A DNA stretch of 47,946 nucleotides from Pseudomonadota bacterium (GCA_036339715.1 JAYZAM010000069.1:1-47946); one strand, 5' to 3'; positions 27,048 to 37,300 are shown, counted from the stretch's first letter. Made by a program: numbers and translations. Notes: generated by a model from the sequence alone, not told the origin.

Positions 27048-27620
27048 TTAGAAAAAACGCCGCGTTCGCTGCTTATAGGCGCAATACTCATCCCCATACT
27101 GGCGTTCCAGCCAGGGCTCTTCTATCCTCGGAGCGAGCCAGTACATCGCTGCCCATAAAGACAGCAGAAACGTTACGCGCAAATCGTTCAAGATGATCGC
27201 CCAGCCCAGCAGACCAAGCCAGGTCACGACATAGATCGGGTTCCGGCTGAAACGAAACCAGCCATCTGTCACCAGCCCCCGCGCTTCGCCGAAGGCATTG
27301 CGCCAGCCCATCTGGATTGAGATCCAGAAGGCAAGGCCAATACCCGTGACCGCCAGCACGCCGCCGACACCTTGCCGGGCCATGGCCCCCGCATCCTCCG
27401 CCGGCTCAAAAACGAGGATGGAGAGCGCAACAAGCGGGTATAGAAACAAACGAAAAAAGGCCCAGAACGTCCGGTATTGCCAGCTCCGTTTTTCCGGAGG
27501 CGGAAAAAACTGAAAATCGCGTCGGAACAGCGATACCGCACACAGCGAAAAGATCGCTGCCGCTCCGGACACTGACAATCCGAACGCCAGCCATTCCATC
27601 CATAGGGGTGTATTGAACAC
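27048..27620 (-). CDS. Isoprenylcysteine carboxyl methyltransferase (ICMT/PEMT) family membrane protein
   Basis: LVTDGWFRFSRNPIY, EEPWLERQYGDEYCAYKQRTRRF. AGGAGG before a GTG start. Confidence 0.85.
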   Translation of the reverse strand: MFNTPLWMEWLAFGLSVSGAAAIFSLCAVSLFRRDFQFFPPPEKRSWQYRTFWAFFRLFLYPLVALSILVFEPAEDAGAMARQGVGGVLAVTGIGLAFWISIQMGWRNAFGEARGLVTDGWFRFSRNPIYVVTWLGLLGWAIILNDLRVTFLLSLWAAMYWLAPRIEEPWLERQYGDEYCAYKQRTRRFF

Positions 27621-27631
27621 AGGCGCGCCTC

Positions 27632-28084
27632 CTAAATCCAGCGCCGCGTGCGGATACGGTAGGCGTCAAACGCTTCACCGAATCTCGCCTGCAGCGCGCG
27701 CTCTTCCGGTTTGATCTGAAACTCAGTCATCAGCCAGACAAAGAGAATTGGAGCTACGAAAGCGGACAAATTGCCCATCAGAAACGCGCCGCCTGTCAGA
27801 ATGGCCGCCATGGCCAAATACATCGGATTGCGGCTGATGCGGTAAAGCCCTGTGGTGACCAGCGTGGCAGCCTCTTCAGGGGCGAGCGGATTGACGGTTG
27901 TGCGGGCGCGGATGAATGCGCCGAGCGCGAGCGCCAGAATGGCCATGCCAGCAGCGATGAAAAGCAACGCCGCCGCAGAACGCCACACGCCTTCGAACGC
28001 CAGAAAAGGCGTGACAGAGGACAGTCCCCAGCCGATCGCACCGCAGATCAGGACCTGAACAAGAGGTGGAATGCGCAGGCTCAT
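27632..28084 (-). CDS. ICMT/PEMT family membrane protein
   Basis: TTVNP, LVTTGLYRISRNPMYL, PEERALQARFGEAFDAYRIRTRRW. Confidence 0.88.
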   Translation of the reverse strand: MSLRIPPLVQVLICGAIGWGLSSVTPFLAFEGVWRSAAALLFIAAGMAILALALGAFIRARTTVNPLAPEEAATLVTTGLYRISRNPMYLAMAAILTGGAFLMGNLSAFVAPILFVWLMTEFQIKPEERALQARFGEAFDAYRIRTRRWI

Positions 28085-28726
28085 GAGGACGATTCGACCG
28101 GAGTCGCATGCGACGCGCCGGTTGTGTTCAGTTCCCGCAGGGCCTGCAGCGTGATGGCGCTCGCCGATTTCAGGAACAGGCCCGCCAGAAGGGCGGCGAC
28201 AAGCAGATCAGGCCAGGCCGTTCCGGTTAGCGCGACAACCCCGCCAGCGGCGATCACGCCGACATTGCCGATGGCGTCATTGCGCGAGCAGAGCCAGACC
28301 GAACGCACATTGCTGTCGCCGTCGCGCCAGCGCAGCAGTATCAGCACGCTCGCGACATTGGCGGACAGTGCCAGAAAGCCGACCACTCCCATGGTTGCGG
28401 CTTCCGGCGGCGCGCCGTTCATGACCCTCAACACGGTCATGCCGAGGACGGCGATCGCGATCGCTGCGAGCGAGGCGCCTTTGATCAGCGATGCAAGCGC
28501 CCGCGTCCTCAGGCTCGCCCCGATAACGAAGAGGCTGAGCGCGTAGGTCGCCGTATCGCCTGCGAAGTCGAGTGCGTCGGCTTTGAGGGCCTGAGAGCCC
28601 GACATTATCCCCGCCGTCATTTCAAACAAAGAACATGACCGCATTGATGGCGATGACGGCCATCAGAGCCCGCTTATAAGCAGGCGAAACCCCATCAAAT
28701 GTTTTGTCCTCACAGCAACCCGACAT
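28081..28726 (-). pseudogene. Short cation diffusion facilitator, frameshifted by one extra T
   Basis: ATG 28726 gives MSGCCEDKTFDGVSPAYKRALMAVIAINAVMFFV, then TGA at 28624-28622. Removing one T gives GTT GAA ATG, joining GSQALKADALDF...RSVWLCSRND. Confidence 0.8.
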
Positions 28727-28763
28727 CTTCTAATCCTATTCCCCATTGACGATTCTCGAAGAA

Positions 28764-28794
28764 ACCCTACAGTCTACAGCGACTATAGAGGCAA
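28764..28794 (-). promoter_or_regulatory. MerR (CadR/PbrR-type) promoter-operator 1
   Basis: TTGCCT, 19-bp spacer containing CTATAGTCGCTGTAG, then TAGGGT. Confidence 0.8.
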
Positions 28795-28815
28795 GACTTT
28801 TCTTTGGAGCCCGGA

Positions 28816-29256
28816 ATGACGCAGATGACCATTGGTCGTTTATCGAAAGCGGCGGGCGTGAAAGTGACAACCATACGCTATTATGAATCGATTGATTTGA
28901 TGGGCGAGCCGGACCGAAGTTCGAGCGGCCAACGGCTATATGGCGATGAGGCCGTGCAGCGTTTGTCGTTCATACGGCATGCCCGTGATCTTGGTTTTCC
29001 GATGGAGGCCGTTCGTGAAATGATTGATCTGCAAACTCAGCCGGATCAGGATTGCACGGCCGTGGACGCGATAGCCCGTGAACAGCTTGCAGATGTGCGC
29101 AAACGCCTGACGCAGCTTGAAGCGCTTGAGGCGGAGCTCAAACGGATGATTACGTGCTGCGAGGGCGGCCGGGTTGACACGTGTCGGATCATTTCAACGC
29201 TCAATGATCATAGCGAATGCATCGCAGATGCGCATGAGCGGCTTTCGACCTTTTGA
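28816..29256 (+). CDS. MerR-family metal-responsive regulator (CadR/PbrR/ZntR-like)
   Basis: MTIGRLSKAAGVKVTTIRYYE, LSFIRHARDLGF, metal-binding Cys in DC and CCEGGRVDTC. Confidence 0.93.
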   Translation: MTQMTIGRLSKAAGVKVTTIRYYESIDLMGEPDRSSSGQRLYGDEAVQRLSFIRHARDLGFPMEAVREMIDLQTQPDQDCTAVDAIAREQLADVRKRLTQLEALEAELKRMITCCEGGRVDTCRIISTLNDHSECIADAHERLSTF

Positions 29257-29265
29257 GCAAACCGC

Positions 29266-29296
29266 TTGACCCTACAGTGACTGTAGATGGTAATTC
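29266..29296 (+). promoter_or_regulatory. MerR promoter-operator 2
   Basis: TTGACC-CTACAGTGACTGTAG-ATGG-TAATTC, 19-bp spacer. Confidence 0.85.
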
Positions 29297-29396
29297 TCTT
29301 CCATTATTGAAAGCACCTCCCGATAAATTTGGATGGGCGAGACTGAATGGAACAACGACAAAGCATACGTGTAGTCTCTCAATTGAGAGCATTGTC

Positions 29397-30260
29397 ATGA
29401 GCAAAACATCTACCTCCCCAACAGCAGGCTCCGACACTTCGCTCCCGTTTCGTTACCGGGTATCAGGAATGGATTGCGCGCGAGATGCTGCCGAAATCGA
29501 ACGGGCGGCTCAATCGGCTGGTGTCGCCCCAAAAGCCGTCAAAGTTTCGGCTGCGACACATATTATGACGCTATGGGTTTCAGAGTCCCAACTTCCAGAA
29601 ATCGAACTTGGCGTCGCCAAAACCGGTTACGGCTTCGAGAGAATTGCGCCAGGCGATGATGGCCCCGCCGCCTCACAAACCCAAAAGAATCCGGAGTATT
29701 TACGCGCCCTTTGGATCGTAATTTTCCTGAACGTTGGTTATGGAATTGTGGAAATGATCGCGGGTTTTTTCGCCGGTTCACAGGCGTTAAAAGCTGATGC
29801 GTTAGATTTTGTCGGTGATGGTCTCATTACATTCCTCGGCGTGCTCGCAATCGGCTGGAGTCTTGCCTGGCGCGCTCGTTCAGCCATGATTCAAGGCGTA
29901 TTCCTAGCTTTGCTTGGCTTCGGCGTACTCGCGAATACGGTGTGGCGTCTTCTTAATCAAACGATACCTGACGCTGCCCTGATGGGCATGTTCGGGCTCA
30001 TCGCGCTCGTCATAAATGTCATCGCCGTCTTACCGCTACTCCCTCACCGAAAAGGCGACGCTAATGTCCGCGCGGTTTGGTTGTTTTCACGTAATGACGC
30101 CATCGGGAACGCGGCCGTAATTGTGGCAGCAGGTTTGGTCGCCTGGCTCGGTCACGGTTGGCCCGATCTCGTGGTTGCAGTCGGGATCGCCGGGCTATTC
30201 CTGCATTCTGCATGGGCAATAATTCGCGATGCACGCAACGACCTCAGAGCCGCAATATGA
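29397..30260 (+). CDS. Cation diffusion facilitator with N-terminal HMA-like domain
   Basis: YRVSGMDCARDA, GSQALKADALDF, NVRAVWLFSRNDAIGN. Start placed at ATG 29397, downstream of the promoter. Confidence 0.88.
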   Translation: MSKTSTSPTAGSDTSLPFRYRVSGMDCARDAAEIERAAQSAGVAPKAVKVSAATHIMTLWVSESQLPEIELGVAKTGYGFERIAPGDDGPAASQTQKNPEYLRALWIVIFLNVGYGIVEMIAGFFAGSQALKADALDFVGDGLITFLGVLAIGWSLAWRARSAMIQGVFLALLGFGVLANTVWRLLNQTIPDAALMGMFGLIALVINVIAVLPLLPHRKGDANVRAVWLFSRNDAIGNAAVIVAAGLVAWLGHGWPDLVVAVGIAGLFLHSAWAIIRDARNDLRAAI

Positions 30261-30736
30261 CCATTCAGAAGATTGGATTCATCATTGGTCTGGGCGTTCT
30301 GGCGATAGATCAACTCACTAAAGCACTTATCCTCAATATTGATGCCCTGGATAACGGTGTGACGGTCCTTCCATTCTTCAACATTGTGCGGCTCAAGAAC
30401 AATGGTATCAGCTTTGGTCTTCTAGGCAGCCTGCCTCCCTGGCTCCTTACTCTAGCCGCTCTATCGATCGTCGCGGTTTTATTCTATTGGTTATGGCGCA
30501 CCGCTGATCGCCAGATCGCAACCGCACTCGGGCTGATTACAGGTGGAGCACTCGGAAACATAGTCGATCGCGTGCGACATGGAGCGGTGACCGATTTTTT
30601 AGATTTTCACATCAATAACTACCACTGGCCCGCGTTCAACTTCGCCGATAGCGCGATTGTCTGCGGTGTCGGCTTACTGTTGATCTCTGAGTTACTCACG
30701 AAGCCACGACGGACGGATAATGCTGAACAAAAATAG
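30257..30736 (+). CDS. lspA: Lipoprotein signal peptidase II
   Basis: DQLTK, NNGISFG, GALGNIVDR, VTDFL, FNFADSAI. ATGA overlap with the CDF stop. Confidence 0.93.
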   Translation: MTIQKIGFIIGLGVLAIDQLTKALILNIDALDNGVTVLPFFNIVRLKNNGISFGLLGSLPPWLLTLAALSIVAVLFYWLWRTADRQIATALGLITGGALGNIVDRVRHGAVTDFLDFHINNYHWPAFNFADSAIVCGVGLLLISELLTKPRRTDNAEQK

Positions 30737-30786
30737 CGGCTGATTAATCTGGCCCATGCTTAATAGTTGTCGATGTAAGAATTCGC

Positions 30787-30817
30787 TTGCCCCTACAGCC
30801 ACTGTAGGGGCTATAAA
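30787..30817 (+). promoter_or_regulatory. MerR promoter-operator 3
   Basis: TTGCCC-CTACAGCCACTGTAG-GGGC-TATAAA, 19-bp spacer. Confidence 0.85.
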
Positions 30818-30823
30818 ACCGAC

Positions 30824-31261
30824 ATGATCAAATTCGATTCACTTCGCGTTGGCCTCGCAATGGCCGCCTCAGCGCTCGTAGCAAGCTGCGCCAGCTTTGC
30901 CGATCCGCTCACTGAGACGCTACAACCGCTCGGGGCCTGGGCCAGCGGGACCGACGGTGACGCCTGTGAAACCGCTCCGATTACTTATTTTTCATCGGAT
31001 GGGGTCGTGCTTGTCCTCCTCAGCGCCAAAGGGCCGGTCCATGCGATTGGCAGTTGGGACCGCAACGGCGACGTGCTGGCCATGACGCATAATGACTTTC
31101 CGCTCGATCCCAGCGGGCAATCAAAACCCGCTGTTGAACTCAGTATTATGACATTGGACGCTGATAGATTTGTCACCCGAAATGCCAAGGGCGATATTCG
31201 GGAACGCATTAAATGCAGCGAGATTGCGATAAAGACGGGTCATGACACTGAGCCGCACTAA
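30824..31261 (+). CDS. Uncharacterised lipoprotein, 145 aa
   Basis: Lipobox LVASC, two further Cys, His-containing tail. Directly behind a MerR operator. Confidence 0.75.
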   Translation: MIKFDSLRVGLAMAASALVASCASFADPLTETLQPLGAWASGTDGDACETAPITYFSSDGVVLVLLSAKGPVHAIGSWDRNGDVLAMTHNDFPLDPSGQSKPAVELSIMTLDADRFVTRNAKGDIRERIKCSEIAIKTGHDTEPH

Positions 31262-31315
31262 ATAAATGAATAGATTTAATGATTTTGACAATGAAATTGG
31301 ATAGTCGTTGAGCGA

Positions 31316-31684
31316 ATGAAAATTGTAACCGTCATATGCACCGCCAGGTTTTGGCTTGCGCTCATGTTGAGCGTGACCCTTGGTATGGGTGCAACGGCGG
31401 CCGATATTCATCCTGTGGACGCTGAAGAGATTGCCTGTATGACCGCAGACGCTGAAGCGCATCATGCCGCCGAAATCGGTGACACTGAAAATGATGATAG
31501 TGAGCAGCGTCCGGCCCACAAACATCATACTCATAGCTGCGGGCCATGCCATTTGCATATGGTGGGTATGAACAGCCTGACCTTCTCTTACGCTTTATCA
31601 GCTACATCGGGGCTTCGCCCCGGCGCAGACCAGCACGTTCCGCGCGCTGGTCCTCACGGTCTTTATCGTCCTCCGCGTGCCTAA
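31316..31684 (+). CDS. CzcI/DUF2946-like exported His-rich leader protein
   Basis: Signal peptide, HKHHTHSCGPCHLH (CxxC), C-terminal LYRPPRA. First gene before the CBA system. Confidence 0.7.
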   Translation: MKIVTVICTARFWLALMLSVTLGMGATAADIHPVDAEEIACMTADAEAHHAAEIGDTENDDSEQRPAHKHHTHSCGPCHLHMVGMNSLTFSYALSATSGLRPGADQHVPRAGPHGLYRPPRA

Positions 31685-31758
31685 CCTGACTCTCTGAATC
31701 CGCGCCTTTTGCGCGTGGGTTTGATGTCGATTCAGGTTATCACAAGGAAGAATATCCC

Positions 31759-33051
31759 ATGCCAAAATTCAAACAGGGCGCACTCTGCGTCCTGATCGCG
31801 GCTGCCTTTGCAGGCACAGCGGTCGCGGCCCCGTGCAACGGGCCAACAGGCAGCGCGCCGACCATCGTGCCCGATGCGCCGCTAACCCTCACTATGGCGC
31901 TCATGCAAATCCGTCATGCGTCCCCGGATGTCCGCCGGGCCGCACTGGAGACGCGCGCCAGCGCAGCCGAAGCCGATCAGGCTGGGCGCCGTCTTAATCC
32001 GTCAATCGGACTGGAAATTGAAAACTTCTCAGGCACCGGACCGCTCAACGGGTTTGACCAAACCGAAACCACGCTCGCCATTGAGCAGACATTCCAGCTT
32101 GGAGGTAAAAGAGCCAAGCGCGAGCGTGCCGCGCGGGCGCGGGCAGCGCTCGCCGACGCTGAATGCCGCGTCAGATTAAGAGAGACCGAGCTAGAAGCAG
32201 CGCTGCTCTATCATGACCTGATCGCCGCGACAGAACTCGCAGCGCTGGCACGGGAGTCGGCGGATCTCGCCGTGTCTTTGGCTGAAACCGTTGCGAAACG
32301 TGTTGAGGCCGGCGCGGCCGCCCCGCCGGAGCGCTCGCGCGCCGAGGCAGATGCGGCTGCACTCAAAGCCGCCGCACTTGCCGCAGACGCTGAAATTGAT
32401 CAACGCCGCTATGAACTCGCCGCGCTTTGGGGAAGCTCAACGCCGGTTTTTGCGCCCCCGCGCGCCATATTGTCTGATGAAAGTGAAATACTCTCAAAGA
32501 CGCGCGGGCTTGACGAGCACCCGGCGCTCGCCGCGGCTAAAGCTGGAGCAACAGCCCGCGACGCTGAGCAGGACGCCGCCCGCGCGGCCGGTATTCCTGA
32601 TGTCACGGTTAGTGCGGGCGTTCGCCAATTTGAAGAGACCGGCGACAATGCGCTCCTGGTCGGGGTCACCGTGCCGATTCCGCTTTTTGACCGTAACCGC
32701 GACGCCGCTCGCGCAGCGGGTTATCGCGCCGATGCCGAACGTATCAGCGCCGTCGCCGTTGAGGCCAGATTGCGGTCGCAGCAACAGGCCGCCGCCGCGC
32801 GGGTGCGCGCCGCCGAGGCCCGGCTGACGCTACTCGAACAGGAGGCGCTACCTGCGGCCCGTTCCGCCTACGACGCATCTGTTGAAGGCTACGCGGCAGG
32901 CCGGTTTGACCTCACATCAACGCTCGATACCCGTAAAGGGCTGATCGAGGCAGGCGTCAGCGTAATTGACGCGCGGCGTACCCTTAATGCGGACCTCATG
33001 CGTCTCAAAAGCCTGATCGGTGCCGCCCCGTTTAATGGAGACTTCCAATGA
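31759..33051 (+). CDS. czcC: TolC-family outer-membrane factor (CzcC-like)
   Basis: EQTFQLGGKR, VTVPIPLFDRN, GYAAGRFDL. Confidence 0.9.
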   Translation: MPKFKQGALCVLIAAAFAGTAVAAPCNGPTGSAPTIVPDAPLTLTMALMQIRHASPDVRRAALETRASAAEADQAGRRLNPSIGLEIENFSGTGPLNGFDQTETTLAIEQTFQLGGKRAKRERAARARAALADAECRVRLRETELEAALLYHDLIAATELAALARESADLAVSLAETVAKRVEAGAAAPPERSRAEADAAALKAAALAADAEIDQRRYELAALWGSSTPVFAPPRAILSDESEILSKTRGLDEHPALAAAKAGATARDAEQDAARAAGIPDVTVSAGVRQFEETGDNALLVGVTVPIPLFDRNRDAARAAGYRADAERISAVAVEARLRSQQQAAAARVRAAEARLTLLEQEALPAARSAYDASVEGYAAGRFDLTSTLDTRKGLIEAGVSVIDARRTLNADLMRLKSLIGAAPFNGDFQ

Positions 33052-34382
33052 AACAGACACATATTTTGCCAACGACCATGATGGTTCTGGCCGTGATTTT
33101 GGCGGGATGCGGCAATGCAACCCCGGATACAAATCGGGTCGCTAGCGAAACCTCCGCCGCGACCGCTGATCACGCTGATCACGATGATCATGCCGAAGAA
33201 AAAGCGGATCACGATGACCATGGCGAGACCGATCAAGATGATGAGCATGACGATCATGCGGAAAGTGACGGCGAGCCTGACGGCCATGATGATCATAGTG
33301 AATCCGAAGGCGACGTTGTAAAACTAACCCAGGACGCGGCCACTGAGGCCGGTATTGAAACAGCAATTGTTGCAGAGGGGGCGATTGCGCAATCTCTCAG
33401 CCTTCCGGCCGAAATCCGCTTTGACGCTGATCGTGTTGCCAATGTCTCGCCCAAGGTCAGCGGCGTAATTGGCAAACTCTATGCGAGCGAAGGGGATCAC
33501 GTGGCACGCGGCGATACGCTGGCGCTGATCAAGAGCCGTGAACTCGCAGGTCTGAAAGCCGCTTGGCTCACGGCGGAAACGCGCAAAGCTCTGGCCAGTC
33601 AGGCGCTGGCCCGCGAGGAAAAACTGTTTGCGGACAAGATCACCTCGGAAGCCGATTTGCAAGCCGCGCGGGCGGAATTTGAAGCTGCGAAAGCCGATAG
33701 TGACGCGGCTGAAAATGAGCTCCATGCCGCAGGTGTCAGTCATGCCGCACTGGAGCGCATTTCCACGGCGGCTGACGGCGATAATGCCAATGCCTATCTG
33801 ACAGCGCCGATTGCCGGAACGGTGGTGCGCCGCACGGTCATGCTGGGCGAAACGGTCTCAGCCGGGGATGCCGGCGCTGATCCGCTGTTCACCCTTGTCG
33901 ACGATAGTGTCGTCTGGGCGGATATTGCCGTTTACAAACAGGACATCGCCCGCATTCGCGTCGGCGCTCCTGTCGCGCTAAAAACCGACAGCGGTGAAAT
34001 CCTTGCGCAGTCCACAATTGCCTTTGTCTTGCCGGTCATCAGCGAAACGTCACGCACCGCGACGGCCCGCGTGATCGTTGACAACCCGGATGGCACACTG
34101 CGACCTGGTCAGTATGTCACGGCCGATCTCAGTGTTGGCACATCTGAGCAGGTTTTGCGCGTACCGGAAGCAGCCATTCAATTGGTTGAAGACAGACCTT
34201 CCGTGTTCGTCCCTGTCGAGGGCGGCTATGCACCGCGCGCAGTGATGACAGGCACCAAATCCGGCGGGTTTGTGGAAATCCGCTCCGGCCTACTGGCGGG
34301 TGAGGCAGTCGTGACAGACGGTGCCTTCACCCTCAAAGCTCAACTCGAAAAAGACGCCTTTGGCGATGGCCACGGCCACTAG
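33048..34382 (+). CDS. czcB: RND periplasmic adaptor (CzcB-like) with His/Asp-rich N-terminal linker
   Basis: Lipobox LAGC, DHADHDDH... tract, APIAGTV, TSRTATARV, LRPGQYV. Confidence 0.92.
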   Translation: MKQTHILPTTMMVLAVILAGCGNATPDTNRVASETSAATADHADHDDHAEEKADHDDHGETDQDDEHDDHAESDGEPDGHDDHSESEGDVVKLTQDAATEAGIETAIVAEGAIAQSLSLPAEIRFDADRVANVSPKVSGVIGKLYASEGDHVARGDTLALIKSRELAGLKAAWLTAETRKALASQALAREEKLFADKITSEADLQAARAEFEAAKADSDAAENELHAAGVSHAALERISTAADGDNANAYLTAPIAGTVVRRTVMLGETVSAGDAGADPLFTLVDDSVVWADIAVYKQDIARIRVGAPVALKTDSGEILAQSTIAFVLPVISETSRTATARVIVDNPDGTLRPGQYVTADLSVGTSEQVLRVPEAAIQLVEDRPSVFVPVEGGYAPRAVMTGTKSGGFVEIRSGLLAGEAVVTDGAFTLKAQLEKDAFGDGHGH

Positions 34383-34392
34383 GACATTTGAT

Positions 34393-37300
34393 ATGATAAA
34401 TTTAATGCACCGTATCGCCGGAGGGCGGCTGCTCGCCGCCATCGCGGCGCTCGCCATGACCCTTGGCGGATTATTCGCGTTCAAGGCGCTACCCGTTGAC
34501 GCCTTTCCCGATGTGACACCCTCACTCGTTCAGGTCTTCACAGAAACCGAAGGCCTCGCCCCAGAAGAGGTGGAGCGCTACGTGACCTATCCAATCGAGA
34601 CCGCCATGTCCGGCTTGCCAAAGCTAGACCATATGCGCTCGGTCTCAAACTTTGGACTGTCCGTCGTTAACATCTATTTTGAAGACGGCACGGATGTCTA
34701 TTTTGCGCGCCAGGTTGTTGGTGAACGCCTCGCCGAAGCGCGCGGCAATATCCCCGATGGCTTTGGTGACCCGCAAATGGGGCCGATTTCAACAGGTCTA
34801 GGGATTATTCTCTATTTCCGTCTCGAAGATGAGACCGGCGCGCGCGATCTTGTAGAAATGCGCGAAATCCAGGACTGGATCATCAAATACCAGCTTCAGA
34901 CTGTGCCCGGCGTCACCGAAGTGCTGTCACTTGGCGGTTATGAAAAGCAGTATCAGGTCAGGCTCGATCCGGACGCGCTATTGGCTTACGACATCCAGAT
35001 TGGTGATGTGATGACCGCCCTTGAGCGCGGCAACAAGACCGAAGGCGCACAATTTCTCGAAATCGGGGCCGAGCAATATACGGTCCGCGGCGTCGGACTG
35101 GCGCGATCGGTTGAAGATCTTGCGGAAATTGTCGTCAATGTCGATGATGGCCGCCCCGTGCGGGTACGCGACCTCGGTGAAATCATTGTCGGCGGCGGGG
35201 TACGCCAGGGCCTGGCCACCGCCAATGGCGAAGGTGAAGTGGTCGCGGGACTGGTGCTCAAACTCTATGGCGCCAATACGTCCGATGTGATTGCGCGCGT
35301 TCAGACACGCTTTGAGGAAATCAACAAAAACCTGCCGGAAGGCGTCAACGCCGTGCCCTATTATGATCAGGGAACACTGGTCAACAAAGCTGCCGCCACG
35401 GTGACAACGGCGCTGTGGCAGGGCGCGCTACTCGTCGCACTGGTCGTTTTCGTCTTTCTGGGCGGCTGGCGTCCAAGCCTGGTTGTTGTCCTTTCTATTC
35501 CATTTTCCGTGGGCTTTGCCTTCATCGCGATGCAATGGCTCGGCATCAGTGCCAACCTCATGTCGCTGGGCGGCGTGGCCATTGCCATTGGCATGAGGGT
35601 GGATGGGGCTATCGTCATCGCAGAAAATGTCGACCGGGGATTCCGGGAAAGCGATCCGTCTGTCGATCAGAGAGATGTTGTGGCGCGCTCGGCTGCGGAA
35701 GTCATAGCGCCGCTAATTGCGGCCGTTGCGGTGGTGATCGTCGTCTTTCTGCCGCTTTTCTCGCTGCAAGGCGTGGAAGGTAAAACCTTCCGGCCTCTGG
35801 CAGCCTCCGCGGCGCTCGCCATGACGGGGTCATTGTTCTACGCCGCGCTGATTGCGCCATCGCTCGCAAATGGGGTCATGCGTCGGAGCAAAAAGCCGCG
35901 TGAGGACCGTCCGGGATGGATTGCCCGCACGGTCAGCCAAGCCGCCGGATTCTTCGTTCGCCAGCGTTTGGCGGCGATTGCTCTGGCCGCCATCCTCCTC
36001 GTAGCGGGCGGACTGGCCGGATCGCGCCTCGGGTCTGAATTTACTCCTTCGCTTGAAGAAGGTGATGTTCTACTCCGCGTGACCATGGCACCATCTATCT
36101 CTTTGACAGAAGCGGCGGAAACGACCACCCGCGTTGAGAAAAGGCTTCTGACGGCCTTTCCGGAAATCAAGTCTATCGTGACCCGAATCGGTCGCGGTGA
36201 GGTCGGGGCCCACGCCGACCCGACCAATAGTGCGGAAGCTTTTGTTGAACTCAATCCGAGGTCGGAGTGGCGCAAAGGCTTGTCGCCGGAGAACTTGCGC
36301 ACAGCGATATCGGAAAATCTCGAAGGTGTGCCCGGTATTGTCGTCAATATCGGTCAACCTATCGCGATGTCTGTTGATGAGCTTTTGACCGGGACGCGCG
36401 CAGAACTTGCCGTGAAAATTTTCGGGCCGGACAGTGATGTCCTGTTGAAAAAGTCACAAGAGCTACAGGCCATCTTGCAACAGGTCGATGGGGCAGCTGA
36501 AGTTCAGGCTGACCAGATTACAGGGGCGCCACAACTCGTGGTGCGTGTCGATCGCGCGGCCCTCGGGCGGTATGGTCTCGATGTTGAGGACGCGCTTGAC
36601 GCCTTGCGGACCTCGGTCGGCGGCGCAGAAGCCGGCGCTCTGTTTGAAGGCGTTCGGCAATTCCCGATCGTCGTGCGGTTTCATGAAGAGAGCCGCGATA
36701 CAGCCGAAGCCATCCGCCGTTTGGTGCTGGAATCGCCGACCGGCGCACGTGTCACGCTGGAAAGCGTGGCCACTATCGAGACCGTGATTGGTCCGCGCCA
36801 GATCACGCGAGAGGATGGCGAGCGCTTTATCACTGTCCAATCCAATGTGCGGGGCCGTGACATCGGGTCTTTTGTAACGGAGGCGCAAGCTCTGACGGAC
36901 GCCAATCTTGACCTGCCTGCAGGCTACCGCGTTGTCTGGGGCGGTCAGTTTGAATTGCAGCAACAGGCCAATGCTCGGTTCGCAGTTGTGATACCAATCA
37001 CGCTCGGCATTGTATTGCTGATCCTGCTACTGACATTCGGACGGCTTAAATCGGCAATTCTCATACTGCTGAACATCCCCCTGGCGTTAACCGGAGGCGC
37101 GCTCGCACTCTGGATTACAGGCCTGCCTGTCTCGGTTCCCGCGACGGTTGGTTTCATCGCGTTGTTTGGTATCGCACTTGGCAACGGGATGGTCCTGGTG
37201 AGCTTCATGGATGATTTCGCCCGCGCCGGGCGGGACCGGGATGCGCTCGCAATCGATGCGGCTGGGATGCGCGCCAGACCCGTTCTGATGACGGCGATGA

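Noticed and set aside
33164-33300. Repetitive GATCAC/GACGAT tract
   Set aside because: Encodes the His/Asp linker of the CzcB-like protein; not a CRISPR or DNA repeat array.
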